From assembly GCA_000002445.1 (NCBI GenBank), contig CH464491.1:1056001-1120000 (forward strand): a stretch of 64,000 bases of DNA, written 5' to 3'. Each line of letters begins with the position of its first letter. Position 1 is the stretch's first letter. This DNA is from Trypanosoma brucei. Lineage: Eukaryota. The position numbers and the translations under genes are program-made. This document shows positions 54,245 through 64,000 of the stretch, one piece after another. The notes beneath the pieces were generated by a model. The model was not told the DNA's origin and searched no databases. It saw nothing but the letters and a program-made list of their open reading frames with translations.

Positions 54245-55657
54245 CTCTTGTCAAGTGCATCCGTCGGGGAGGAGAATACGGGAAGGGAGATCTGGTGAGC
54301 GAACACAACCAAAATATGCATGCGCATATATATATACACACAAAACAAAAACAAATAACCACGCCCTTACTCATGGGAGCAATTTATTACAACCCTTTTT
54401 GACTTTCCTGCTCGCGGAGTGCGGACGACAGGGAGAAGACTTGGATCGCCGTTTTTCCTTTTTTTTTTTTGTGTGTACAGGTGCGTCGCACAAGCTGATG
54501 TTCGAATCTAACTGCGCAGTGGTATGACAGGCGGAAAGCTGGGTGATTCATTTCCCCTCAGCGCTCCGTCCATTTTTCTTTTCCTTTTGTTTGCGGTCAT
54601 GCGTGCATATATATGTACACGCGTGCGATGGTGCTCAGTCGTCTCCTCTTTTCATCGAATGAGCATTTCTTCGTCTCAAGGGTGAAATGGGCGCAGACAG
54701 ATGGTTATCCCACTGCTTCGTTTTAATTTATTGTAAAAAGGGAATTTTTATTAATCGTTATTGCCCTTATTTGGACTTTCGATTTTCCTTTCCCGAAGTA
54801 CGTTTGTGAAAATGGCTTTTTTTTTTGGTAATTAACTGCTTACAAGTGCGTGTTTTGCATAAAGAATTGAATCTTCGTTGGTGAGGTGTGTGTGTGTCGA
54901 AACATAAGCGTTTGTATGCAGTGCATGCGTTTGTGATAATAATCGGTATTTTTGTGTGTTTACCGCTGTGATGTTTGTGGCCTACATTCATTTTTTTCCC
55001 TTCATGTTTGTTCTTTATTTATTTTAACCGCGTTATGGCGAGCTCGACTTGTTGAGATAGGTGAGGAATGGGCGATGGACTAAACCGGTAGTCAAAAGTT
55101 GACCATTATTTTCCCTGCACAGTGTTGAAACCGCTGCTGCAACTCTTTTGTTTACTTTTCTCCTCTCCCCCAACTCCCCCCCACACACGTATGTTTTTTT
55201 TTGTTTGTTTTGTCTTGTTTTTGTTTTCTACCCTCCTGTGGTGCCCGCTTTTCCCGAGTTCTGTTTCTCTCCTTTTTTTTCTCTCTTACTTTTTCCACCG
55301 CTTTCTTGCTTTCCTTTCATTTTGTTTGTTTCCTGACTTCCCCATTTTTTTTTTTTTTACTCACGTGCCAACCCGACACACTCAACACGCACGGCATTTG
55401 GTTTTGTTCTTGCGTCTGTTTAGTAACCTTTTGAGCCGGAAGTTGTAGTACGTATCGAAAAGCGTAAGTAAGCGAAAGATACGAAGCACGGGAAAGAAAT
55501 TTGTCGGAGGTACGCAGGGTGCGGTTTGCGGTCGAAAATTACCGACTGACTGTAACAATAACAGCAGCGGTGGTAAAAAAATAAAAAATAATAATAATAA
55601 TAATAATAGTAGCGAGAGGAAAAGATAAGAAAAGAGAGGAAATCTAGGGGAGGGAAT

Positions 55658-57013
55658 ATGAGGTGGCCACGCGGGACAGTCGCGCTTCACCCCGCTGGTT
55701 TACTTGGGTGCAACTTTGTATCATCGGCGCGGCGCCTTTTGTACTGTTCCTCGGTTCCATTCTCGCTTTACCGCAGCACGCATGGAAGTATGAAGTCGGT
55801 CGCTGCTCAACTAAAGTCCGATTGGGTGTTTATTCGCCGCAGACGAATGGAATCGCCCCCACCCGACCGAACAGAAGGTGAGCAGGCAGTCAGCGCGGAG
55901 GGTGATGACTCCAACGACAATAATAATGCAGCCATGAAGTGTTTTGATCATTGGTCTAGCGATATGAATGGGTGCACTGCCGAGGAGTTTCTGCAGGGCG
56001 CCAAGCAATCGTACCGCAGCCTTGGCGTATTGCTTGAAACCCTTAGGGAGGCTGCTTCGCACAATGGACCGACTGGAAGGCCTGTCGCACGTGAGGTAGC
56101 ACTTGCCAAACTACAGGGTTTACTGTTGAAAAACTATAGTGTGAAGGAAGATATAGTGGGTGAGGCAGTTATTTCTTCGGAGAAGGGATCCGCAAAGGGC
56201 ACAGATGCTTTTCACAAAACAGTTAGCAAGGCACTGAAACAAGTATTACCCCTCTCGCAGGGTCTCTCCGAGCATCTCTCCGAAATGTGGGATAAACAGC
56301 GGACTTTAGATTTCAATATTTTTGATATAGCCGCACCTGATGATTATGTTATCGACGCGGATATGAAACTTTTCAATCCGTTTCTCGTGAAATCCTCTGA
56401 TGATTTGCTGGAATACGCTGCATGGAAAAAAAATGGGGAGGAGTGTCCGAAACCCGTATCGGTTGATGCAACAACTGGAGGTGCCTGCTCCTCCCCTCCA
56501 TTGAAATGTTCGTTCTCCTCTGGAAAGTTTGATCCCGAGAAGGTGGGCGAGCGGGAAACGTGGAGCATTGGGTGTTTACAACGAGTGCTCAAACCAGCCC
56601 CCAAACTCATGCCGATTGCATTTGTTTCACTGGACGTGGTGATGCCCCCACAACGTTACTGTGAAGCCTTCGACTGGTTTTACCAACGCACATGCGGCTA
56701 CTCAAGTGAGTACGAGCGTGTAGAGGCCGCAAGGTTGTACACCAGTCCGAGCTTCTTTTTGGGCATATTTCGTCAGTGTTTGTTTTTGGTGGACTTCGTT
56801 AAGCGAATGTTTGTTGGTCGGCCGCTACAGTTGGACTGCACTCGACTGGTGCAGAAGCTGCATGGCAATTCTGTCGATATTAGACGCAGTCCCCCGGCTG
56901 TACGGAAGTTACTTTGCTTTTACATGGAAGGGGACGGACGCTGGACGCTCTTTGACGTGTTTATCCTTGAGCGCGTTTTGGTTCCGGTCTCCCCGACGGC
57001 TTCAAGCAAATAA
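55658..57013 (+). CDS. hypothetical protein
   Basis: 451-aa ORF, non-repetitive with coding-like codon usage. Alternative start MKSVAAQL at ~55790. No family recognised. Confidence 0.4.
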   Translation: MRWPRGTVALHPAGLLGCNFVSSARRLLYCSSVPFSLYRSTHGSMKSVAAQLKSDWVFIRRRRMESPPPDRTEGEQAVSAEGDDSNDNNNAAMKCFDHWSSDMNGCTAEEFLQGAKQSYRSLGVLLETLREAASHNGPTGRPVAREVALAKLQGLLLKNYSVKEDIVGEAVISSEKGSAKGTDAFHKTVSKALKQVLPLSQGLSEHLSEMWDKQRTLDFNIFDIAAPDDYVIDADMKLFNPFLVKSSDDLLEYAAWKKNGEECPKPVSVDATTGGACSSPPLKCSFSSGKFDPEKVGERETWSIGCLQRVLKPAPKLMPIAFVSLDVVMPPQRYCEAFDWFYQRTCGYSSEYERVEAARLYTSPSFFLGIFRQCLFLVDFVKRMFVGRPLQLDCTRLVQKLHGNSVDIRRSPPAVRKLLCFYMEGDGRWTLFDVFILERVLVPVSPTASSK

Positions 57014-57096
57014 CTTCGGGTGTACGCGTATTTGTGTAAGGTGGAAATGGCATCTCCCCCGCCATTTCTAAGCGGTGCGATAAATATCTGTATATC

Positions 57097-57102
<6 letters not shown>

Positions 57103-57134
<32 letters not shown>
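57103..57134. repeat. (TA)16 dinucleotide microsatellite
   Basis: Uninterrupted run ~90 nt downstream of the 55658-57013 CDS stop. Confidence 0.95.
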
Positions 57135-57138
<4 letters not shown>

Positions 57139-58655
57139 GTTATGAGCATCCTTACATTTGAAATCCTTCCGAAAAACAGACGTATATATATACCGTAGTG
57201 CGCGTTTTTATTGCATGGTGGGCGACGCTGATGACGGCAGTGAGAACAACGTTATTGTTTGTGAAAATGTTTTTTAAAGCAATTATTATTCTTTCTCTTC
57301 GTACAGGTATTACCTGCTTTATTTGTATGGCGGAAGAGTAGCAACCGAGGGAGTCGTTAACAAAAAAAAGTGATGTGGAAATGAAAAAAGATTACGTTAA
57401 AAATGAGGGAGGCGAATCAGTGTTACGAATTCTAAGGGATGTCACATATGCGTGTATGTGTTTGTTGTGTGCTCACAAAACTGAAGCGGATCGGTGAGAG
57501 ATGATGGGGTGTGAAATGAACATAAAGGGGAGGTTGAATGGGTTGCAGGAGTGAATGGTGTCGGTGAATAAATAAAAATTCCGAGGTTTTAAAGATCAAG
57601 TTCCATTTTTTCCCAAGGGACGACGATTGTGGCTTCACATGGCAATGCATATATTCCGTGATGTTGGTTCTTAGTTTCCCTTGAGGGGGTTTGTTCTTAA
57701 TTTTCTTGCGTCTTATTCTTTGTTTCGAAAACCTCATAACTCGCAGTGAACGAGCAAATTGGGAGGTTGTTTCTCTTTTCTTTACTCTCCGACCACTTGT
57801 TATGCCGTCCACCTTCGGTTTATTTTCTTTAAAAAGGGAGTTCACATGAGAGAAGAACACTAGCCGGCCGCTCATCAGGTTGACTACGGGATGCCTTGAC
57901 TTTATTATTATTATTATCATTTTGTCCATAAACTCTTGCTTTCACCGTGAACGTGAAGTGATCTGATCTTTTAATTGCTTCACACCAAACCCCCTAATTT
58001 TCTTCTTCCTCCCGCCCGCTCTGATACGACACCGTGTAATTATATCCTGAGCCTGATTTTTACTCTTAACGTCCTTTTTTGTGCCATTTATTTTTCTTGA
58101 ATATACGTTTCCCCGAGGAAGCTTTCTGCACTACTGTTTTTTGTACAAGCAATACATGTATATAAATATGTATATTTTTCCTCCCACCTTTTTCTTTAAT
58201 TTCTTTGCCGAACCTGTACACACGCAAACAATAAATATAAACCGATTACATGCTTTAACGAGTAGAGATCCGTTACGTATTATCACTTCGGATCAGTTCA
58301 CTCCCATATTAGGTGTGAATATATCACACACCTCACCTTCTTTATATAGCTTCCTTGCATAGAACTGCCCTTGTATTGTGTATTAGACCAACACGGGATA
58401 TAATTTCTACGAGATTGGTAAGGTCAATCAGTGGCTAAGTGGAGAAGCAGTGAAAATACAAAGGGGATTTGAATCATAGCTCATTTATTTGTTTTTTCCT
58501 CTTTTCTGGTTCTACCGACCGTCGTAGAAGAGTGTAACGGTATATATATTAATATATCTTTCACTCCTCTCTCTTGCTCGTTGTTTTTTTTTTGATTCCG
58601 CTTGAGCGTGCGCACCATACGAGAGGGAGGAACAGACGGTTTTTTTTTTTGGGAT

Positions 58656-60359
58656 ATGAGTAAAAAGGGTAACATTCGCCTTCAGCCGCTCTCTAATGAT
58701 CCAGAAGGCGCCCCAGGCTCATCGCTCCAGCAGATAAAGGTGCAACAGAAAGCTCGCGAGGATAATGAAAAGATACGACTGAAGCGTGTGAAGGGTGCTA
58801 TCGTACTTATTTCACAATTTCTTCTGGACCAGGGATACGTGGGTTCGCTGCAGATGCTTCAGCAGGAAAGCGGTTTGTCGCTTCAAAAGTTCTCACCAGC
58901 CGATAATATAGATCTCCTCTCCATTATTATGGAATATGAGCAGTATTTTGAATTCCGTTTCAATCGCCGCCCCAAACTGTTTCGAGCCAATGAAGGGGTG
59001 GAAGAGGGTTGTGTAGATGTTCCATCCGGTGGCGAACGCATGGCCGTGCGACGGCGAGGTAATGAGCAACTCGGTGGAAGGCCGAAGCCGCAACCTCTCA
59101 GAGCAAATGGTGGGCCCATAACTTATGGCAATGCCGCCTCTGTGGGTGAAGCACCTCAAAGCACTGCGCAAGAGTTAAAGCGACCAGGTCCTGGTGCACA
59201 GTGTCTCGCCCGTGGTTTGGTATTGGCTCATAAGGCATCTCCTCCATTGGGTCCATCGCCAAGTTCACCACCGGGGTCTAATGCGAGGCGGCCGGTAGTA
59301 ACGGAGTGTCCTTTCGGGTTGGCGGGCATGCGTGTGGAGGCGGCACCGGAGTTTAGTGGGGATGCGGCTGCATGTAGGTCTGACGATGATGGTTTCTTCG
59401 GTCGAGCGCTGAAGCCGCTGCCGCGGTTTCCAACGGTGGAACTACAGGAACTTGCCATGACAATACAACGTGACATCCTCGACAGTAACCCCAATGTGCG
59501 ATGGGGTAGTATAGCGGCGCTAGATGAGGTGAAACGTCTTCTAAAGGAGGCTGTAGTAATGCCCGTCAAATATCCAGAACTGTTTGCGGGTATTGTGCGC
59601 CCATGGAAAGGTATTCTTCTTTTCGGACCTCCTGGAACAGGCAAAACACTTCTTGCGAAGGCTGTGGCGACGGAGTGTCGTACCACATTTTTTAATATTT
59701 CCGCATCTAGTGTTGTGTCCAAGTGGCGTGGCGATAGTGAGAAGTTAGTGCGTTTGTTGTTTGACATAGCTGTTCATTATGCGCCTAGCACTATATTTAT
59801 AGATGAGATCGATTCCCTCATGTCAGCGCGCGGCGGTGAAGGGACGCATGAAGGGTCGAGACGCATGAAGACAGAGTTGTTGATACAAATGGATGGCTTG
59901 TCAAAACGGCGCGGTGGCGAGGTAGTGTTTGTTCTTGCTGCAAGTAACACTCCGTGGGATCTTGATAGTGCAATGTTGCGTCGCTTAGAGAAACGTATTC
60001 TTGTTGGTCTTCCAACGCATGAAGCACGGGCGACAATGTTTCGGCAGATTCTTACTGCATCGGCGGCATCGGCAGATATTGACTGGAATGCATGCGCCGC
60101 GGCTACGGATGGTATGTCAGGCGCTGATATTGATGTCATCTGCCGTGAGGCAATGATGCGGCCCATTCGACTCATGATTGAGAAGTTAGAGGGTGCCGGG
60201 AGTCCATCCGACCTGAAATCAGGTGTAGTTCAACGACCAGTGATCACCATGCAGGATATTATGGCTAGCGTGGCATGTACGCAGAGCAGCGTGCAGCAGT
60301 CGGATTTAAGTAAGTTTGAGGCCTGGGCGCGCAAGTATGGCTCCGGAGCGTCGTCATAA
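58656..60359 (+). CDS. katanin p60-like AAA ATPase with N-terminal LisH motif (KATNAL2-like)
   Basis: N-terminal LisH-like IVLISQFLLDQGYVGSLQMLQQESGL. Meiotic-clade AAA module: Walker [16 protein letters not shown], Walker B IFIDEIDSL, second region of homology VLAASNTPWDLDSAMLRRLEKRI. C-terminal Vps4/katanin-type helix. First ATG is 58656 after a T12 tract. Confidence 0.8.
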   Translation: MSKKGNIRLQPLSNDPEGAPGSSLQQIKVQQKAREDNEKIRLKRVKGAIVLISQFLLDQGYVGSLQMLQQESGLSLQKFSPADNIDLLSIIMEYEQYFEFRFNRRPKLFRANEGVEEGCVDVPSGGERMAVRRRGNEQLGGRPKPQPLRANGGPITYGNAASVGEAPQSTAQELKRPGPGAQCLARGLVLAHKASPPLGPSPSSPPGSNARRPVVTECPFGLAGMRVEAAPEFSGDAAACRSDDDGFFGRALKPLPRFPTVELQELAMTIQRDILDSNPNVRWGSIAALDEVKRLLKEAVVMPVKYPELFAGIVRPWKGILLFGPPGTGKTLLAKAVATECRTTFFNISASSVVSKWRGDSEKLVRLLFDIAVHYAPSTIFIDEIDSLMSARGGEGTHEGSRRMKTELLIQMDGLSKRRGGEVVFVLAASNTPWDLDSAMLRRLEKRILVGLPTHEARATMFRQILTASAASADIDWNACAAATDGMSGADIDVICREAMMRPIRLMIEKLEGAGSPSDLKSGVVQRPVITMQDIMASVACTQSSVQQSDLSKFEAWARKYGSGASS

Positions 60360-61424
60360 TTTCAGTATTTTATTTGCATGCCTCTCCTCTTCACCCTTCA
60401 TCTTCCCTAATTGTTGCTGTTGCGATGCGTGGTCAATCACCTGGTGCAGTAAACACGCGCCATTCCCAGGATTGTGGCGACAGAAAGGCCCGTGTACGGG
60501 GGTTGATTTCGATTTCTTTGTTTTTCTGTTGTGTGGATCGTGTAGCTGGCAATGCCTGTGATCTTCTTGTGCGCGTCTTCTGTTGTCACTGCTCACGCAC
60601 AGGTTGGCGTTGGGCTTTTTTCCCCGCTTGAATGTGCCGTTATTTTTCTTTTTACCCCCTATTCTTTCTTCTACATTACCCCCCCCCCCCCATGTTACTT
60701 GATCGTTTTGTTATATGTGCTGTTGTTTGCAGGCACTTTTGTTGCTTTTGCGAAGCACTCGTTAGGTATAAATATATACATTTAGGGACTACGCATTCTT
60801 TTTGCGACCACTCGAGGGAGCTGTTTTATCTCCCTCTCTCCTCTATTACATTATGTTATTACCGATGGTATTGTTACGGTAAGTTGTTGCTCCCCCCTTT
60901 TTTTTCATGTGCATCTTTCATTGATATGGCACGTTTAAATTCTCTAGTCCTGTGTCGTTGTGGTTGTGGTTGTGGTTTTCTTTCCTTATCTTTTTACTCC
61001 TAAGTGAAAAACGTCTTTTAGCACCTTCATGCGTGTGGGGAAGAGCAGAATCGACTTACCAGTTTTCTCTTCTGCAGTGGTATTTTCTTCACTTTTTGTT
61101 GAAAATTCGAATTATGGTGGGCGTCATCTTTGGAATTAGCGTCTATGATTTCGTCGTCTTTTTTCGGTCACATTGCTCCGTTTCTCGTTCTTCTTTTCAC
61201 GGACTTTCCTCGTATTATCCTCTTCTCTCTTCTCTTGCAACTACTTAATTATTTACTTACTGAAAGTCAGTTAGACACCTGAGAGTGACAAGTTACCGCC
61301 TCGCCAAAAATCATACGTGCAGGGCAAACACTAAACTAGATAATTACTATTACAATTACAATTACCATTTCCTTTTTCGTTATTATTGTTGGGATTACTC
61401 TGTACTCCTTCACCTTTACCTCAA

Positions 61425-62726
61425 ATGGTTTGCAGCACGGAGCGAGCTCCTGTTGTTATTTTAGACGGCGGCTCGCACCACCTCCGCGCCGGTTATGCCA
61501 GTGACGGAGCGCCCCGTTTGGACATCCCCGCACTTGTCGGCCACCCACGTAACCGCGGTGTTGCGGTGGCAGCAGGAATGAATGAATACGAAATTGGCGA
61601 CGTTGCCCTCGCCAAACGCGGGATGTTAACAGTTAGTAGTCCCATCGAGAGTGGCAGGGTGGTAAGTTGGGAAAATATGGAGAAACTGTGGGGCCACGTC
61701 ATGTATTCTGAACTGCGTGTGAGGCCGGAGAGCCATTGTTTTATTGTCCCGCAGTCTGTTAACACACCTGCTTCACAAAAGGAGAAAACACTGGAACTTA
61801 TGATGGAGACATTCCATGTGCATTCGCTCTTCCTGGGCGCATCACAGGTTCTTAGCTTGTATAGCTATGGTCTTACGACAGGGCTGGTGATTGACAGCGG
61901 CAAAGACCGCACAATGGCTGTACCGGTGCATGAGGGTTATGCCCTCGGCCGACACGTAGCGGAGAGTGATGTTGCGGGGGAGAAATTGACAGAGTATTTT
62001 GCTTCACTGCTCCGTCTTGAGGGTTACAGCTTTGGTACACCAATGGAAATGCAAGTGCTCAACAATGCTAAGGAGGATCTCTGTTATGTCAAGCCCCCTA
62101 TATTCAACATGACTGGACCCAGCGCATTCTTTTCCCCATCAGAGTTTCCTGGCGAATGCGACTATGATCTCTCACTTGAAGGCGCGCCTGGCGAAGGGTT
62201 TGAGGATGGTAGAGAGGATCACTCGTCGGATGAAAGAGTTTTTTATCTTCCGGATGGTAATGCCATTCCTATATCAACCCATCGCAGTTTGACGACAGAG
62301 GCTCTCTTCGATTTTGGTATTTTGGGTAGCCAGTACGTACCCAAGTCACGCTACATGACAGAGTTGGGGGAAATATTCCAACCATCGTTTCCCATGGGTG
62401 TTAGTTGGCTCGCATTTGCTGCTATCAACAACTGTCAGCCGGTTATTCGAGCGCAGCTTTATGCTAGTATTGTCCTCTCCGGTGGAAATGTCTCGTTTCC
62501 CGGCACAAGGGAAAGAATAGAAACAGAAGTAACACAGCTCTACAGGGAAACCCACACCAGCGAGGCGGTGACACCCATAGCAGTTAATGATATTCCCTGT
62601 CGCGTGTACAGTGCATGGGTTGGTGGTTCGATGCTCGCAGGCACTTCCATGTTCCCGCATCTTGCTGTCTCACGGCAAGAATATGAAGAACAAGGACACC
62701 GCGTTGTGCACTGCAAGTGCCAGTAG
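61425..62726 (+). CDS. actin-related / actin-like protein (divergent, with insertions)
   Basis: APVVILDGGSHHLRAGYASDGAPR matches the actin N-terminal phosphate-1 loop (DNGSG..KAGFAGDDAPR). C-terminus YSAWVGGSMLAGTSMFPHLAVSRQEYEEQGHRVVHCKC matches actin [39 protein letters not shown]. First ATG is 61425. Confidence 0.75.
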   Translation: MVCSTERAPVVILDGGSHHLRAGYASDGAPRLDIPALVGHPRNRGVAVAAGMNEYEIGDVALAKRGMLTVSSPIESGRVVSWENMEKLWGHVMYSELRVRPESHCFIVPQSVNTPASQKEKTLELMMETFHVHSLFLGASQVLSLYSYGLTTGLVIDSGKDRTMAVPVHEGYALGRHVAESDVAGEKLTEYFASLLRLEGYSFGTPMEMQVLNNAKEDLCYVKPPIFNMTGPSAFFSPSEFPGECDYDLSLEGAPGEGFEDGREDHSSDERVFYLPDGNAIPISTHRSLTTEALFDFGILGSQYVPKSRYMTELGEIFQPSFPMGVSWLAFAAINNCQPVIRAQLYASIVLSGGNVSFPGTRERIETEVTQLYRETHTSEAVTPIAVNDIPCRVYSAWVGGSMLAGTSMFPHLAVSRQEYEEQGHRVVHCKCQ

Positions 62727-63314
62727 TGTGGATGTTGTTTGCGTTAAAAATGTTCACTGTCAAGCTCCACCTTTGGCTGTGCTGTAGTTTTCCATCACTT
62801 TGTTCTTGTGTACATTCAGCAGGGGTGCGGCACCGTTGAATTCAAATTTGGCCCACAATGTTCAGTTGTTGAAGAAATGTGAAACACTTGTCAACCTTCC
62901 TAAGTTTCTTCCTACTGCCGCTTACGTTGTGTGCGCGCGCACAGGTGGGTACGTATATGTAATATATATACAAGGACGCGCGCGCTGTAGAGGATGTTAA
63001 GCAACAGCAGCGACAGGGCTCGAGTTGGGTTAGGGGTCATCCTAAGAAGATAAGATCTCTTCACTTATCCCTGTGGAAGAATGTGTCGTCCATTGGCGGA
63101 TTGCACAAAAAGAAAAAAGTCTACACTCCCTCCCCGTACGGCCTTCTTTCGATTGCTAGATTGTTTGCTGCTCCTTACCGAGGTCGAAGTTTTGGTTCCC
63201 TGTATCTCTTTTAGTCGTTTCCCTCCTTTTTTTTTTCATCATTTTACAGTTCTCCAGCACGAACTTTCTCTCCCAGGGTTCTCACGTGGTTCAGTAGTGG
63301 CTCACCATCCTGCT

Positions 63315-64000
63315 ATGCGCTCCGGTTTGTTCGGAACCGAGGGACTCCGTAAGGAAACTCCACGTGGCTACACGGTGGTGGTGGAGGGTACCACCGCGGT
63401 TCTGTTTCCACCAGCCGCCGGGAGCAGTACTCAAATTGGTCGAGGGTTCAGTGACATTGACAAGGAGGAGGTTGGGAAGCAAAGGAAGGATGACTCTTGC
63501 GCCCCTAATTGCTCTCTAAACAGCAAGGAGGACAATACCTGCGGTGAAGAAGATGAGGAATGTGGCCAAGCTGTGTTTTACAACCCTGCACAGGTGGTGA
63601 ACCGTGACCTGAGTGTCTGTGTGATTGCTTGCTTCTCACAGCTGAGAAAGGAGGAACCGAAGAATAAGGGTGGTACGCGCCGTGGCATTACTATTCTTGA
63701 GGCATTAAGCGCAACAGGGCTTCGGGCCATTCGGTATTATAAAGAAATTCCAGATGTGAGGTTTATTATTGCCAATGATATCGACTGTGACGCGGTTGAA
63801 TGCATTCGACGAAACTGTGAGTTTAATGAGGTACCCTGTGTTGCACCGACTTTTCAGGAAAACTTCCCGTCCTCTTGTATTCGCGTGGATGAGACAACAG
63901 GAACAGTTGAAAGCGGGGGAGCAATTTTTGCTAATTTGGACGATGCGAATGATCTTATGTTTAGGCTCGCTACCAATCCAACTGTTAACCCTGGCCATCG
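63315..64000 (+). CDS. TRM1: tRNA (guanine26-N2)-dimethyltransferase TRM1, 5' part (runs off window end)
   Basis: Not in the ORF track because there is no stop inside the window. Translation from ATG 63315 gives ...VVVEGTTAVLFP...FYNPAQVVNRDLSV...ILEALSATGLRAIRYYKEIPDVRFIIANDIDCDAVECIRRNCEFN, matching TRM1 signature blocks (FYNP.....NRDLS, LEALSATGLR.IRY). Confidence 0.8.
   Translation, partial: MRSGLFGTEGLRKETPRGYTVVVEGTTAVLFPPAAGSSTQIGRGFSDIDKEEVGKQRKDDSCAPNCSLNSKEDNTCGEEDEECGQAVFYNPAQVVNRDLSVCVIACFSQLRKEEPKNKGGTRRGITILEALSATGLRAIRYYKEIPDVRFIIANDIDCDAVECIRRNCEFNEVPCVAPTFQENFPSSCIRVDETTGTVESGGAIFANLDDANDLMFRLATNPTVNPGH

Noticed and set aside
1-64000. Prokaryotic-style novel system (defence island, toxin-antitoxin, CRISPR, operon)
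   Set aside because: The sequence is eukaryotic (kinetoplastid) by every criterion: gene content, unidirectional intronless array, UTR composition. No CRISPR repeats, integrases, transposases or phage genes are present.

Overview
This window looks like a kinetoplastid (Trypanosoma brucei-group-like) nuclear chromosome segment. I base that on ~48-50% GC in coding DNA, intronless genes, intergenic spacers full of polypyrimidine runs and (TA)n microsatellites, and gene content (LisH-katanin KATNAL2-like, giant AMP deaminase, subtilisin with huge extension).

All 24 protein-coding genes I can support lie on the + strand as one directional (polycistronic) gene array with no strand switch. Confidently recognised products are:
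- Tctex1 dynein light chain
- RPB10
- cytosolic-type leucyl-tRNA synthetase
- proteasome ATPase RPT2
- NADH-cytochrome b5 reductase
- S8 subtilisin-like membrane protease
- AMP deaminase
- LisH/AAA katanin-like ATPase
- actin-related protein
- a 3'-truncated TRM1 tRNA methyltransferase running off the window end

The list also includes an ABHD11-like hydrolase, a DUF155/RMD1 protein, an EF-hand protein, a RING protein, an NDK-like/Dpy-30 protein and several kinetoplastid-type hypotheticals.

I see no tRNA, rRNA, SL RNA, CRISPR, retroposon ORF or prokaryotic-style defence/accessory island. I find no discrete novel multi-gene system here; this is a housekeeping transcription unit.

The observations most worth a second look are:
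- two perfect inverted repeats that would fold into long hairpins in the primary transcript (26074-26113 and 31823-31919)
- an AMP deaminase whose STDDP active-site motif reads STDGA
- a subtilisin with a ~1000-aa unannotatable C-terminal extension
- several unusually long ORF-free spacers (up to 4 kb) of extreme strand-asymmetric low complexity

The ORF track uses alternative start codons (TTG/GTG), so I moved starts to the first in-frame ATG. Several starts remain uncertain.
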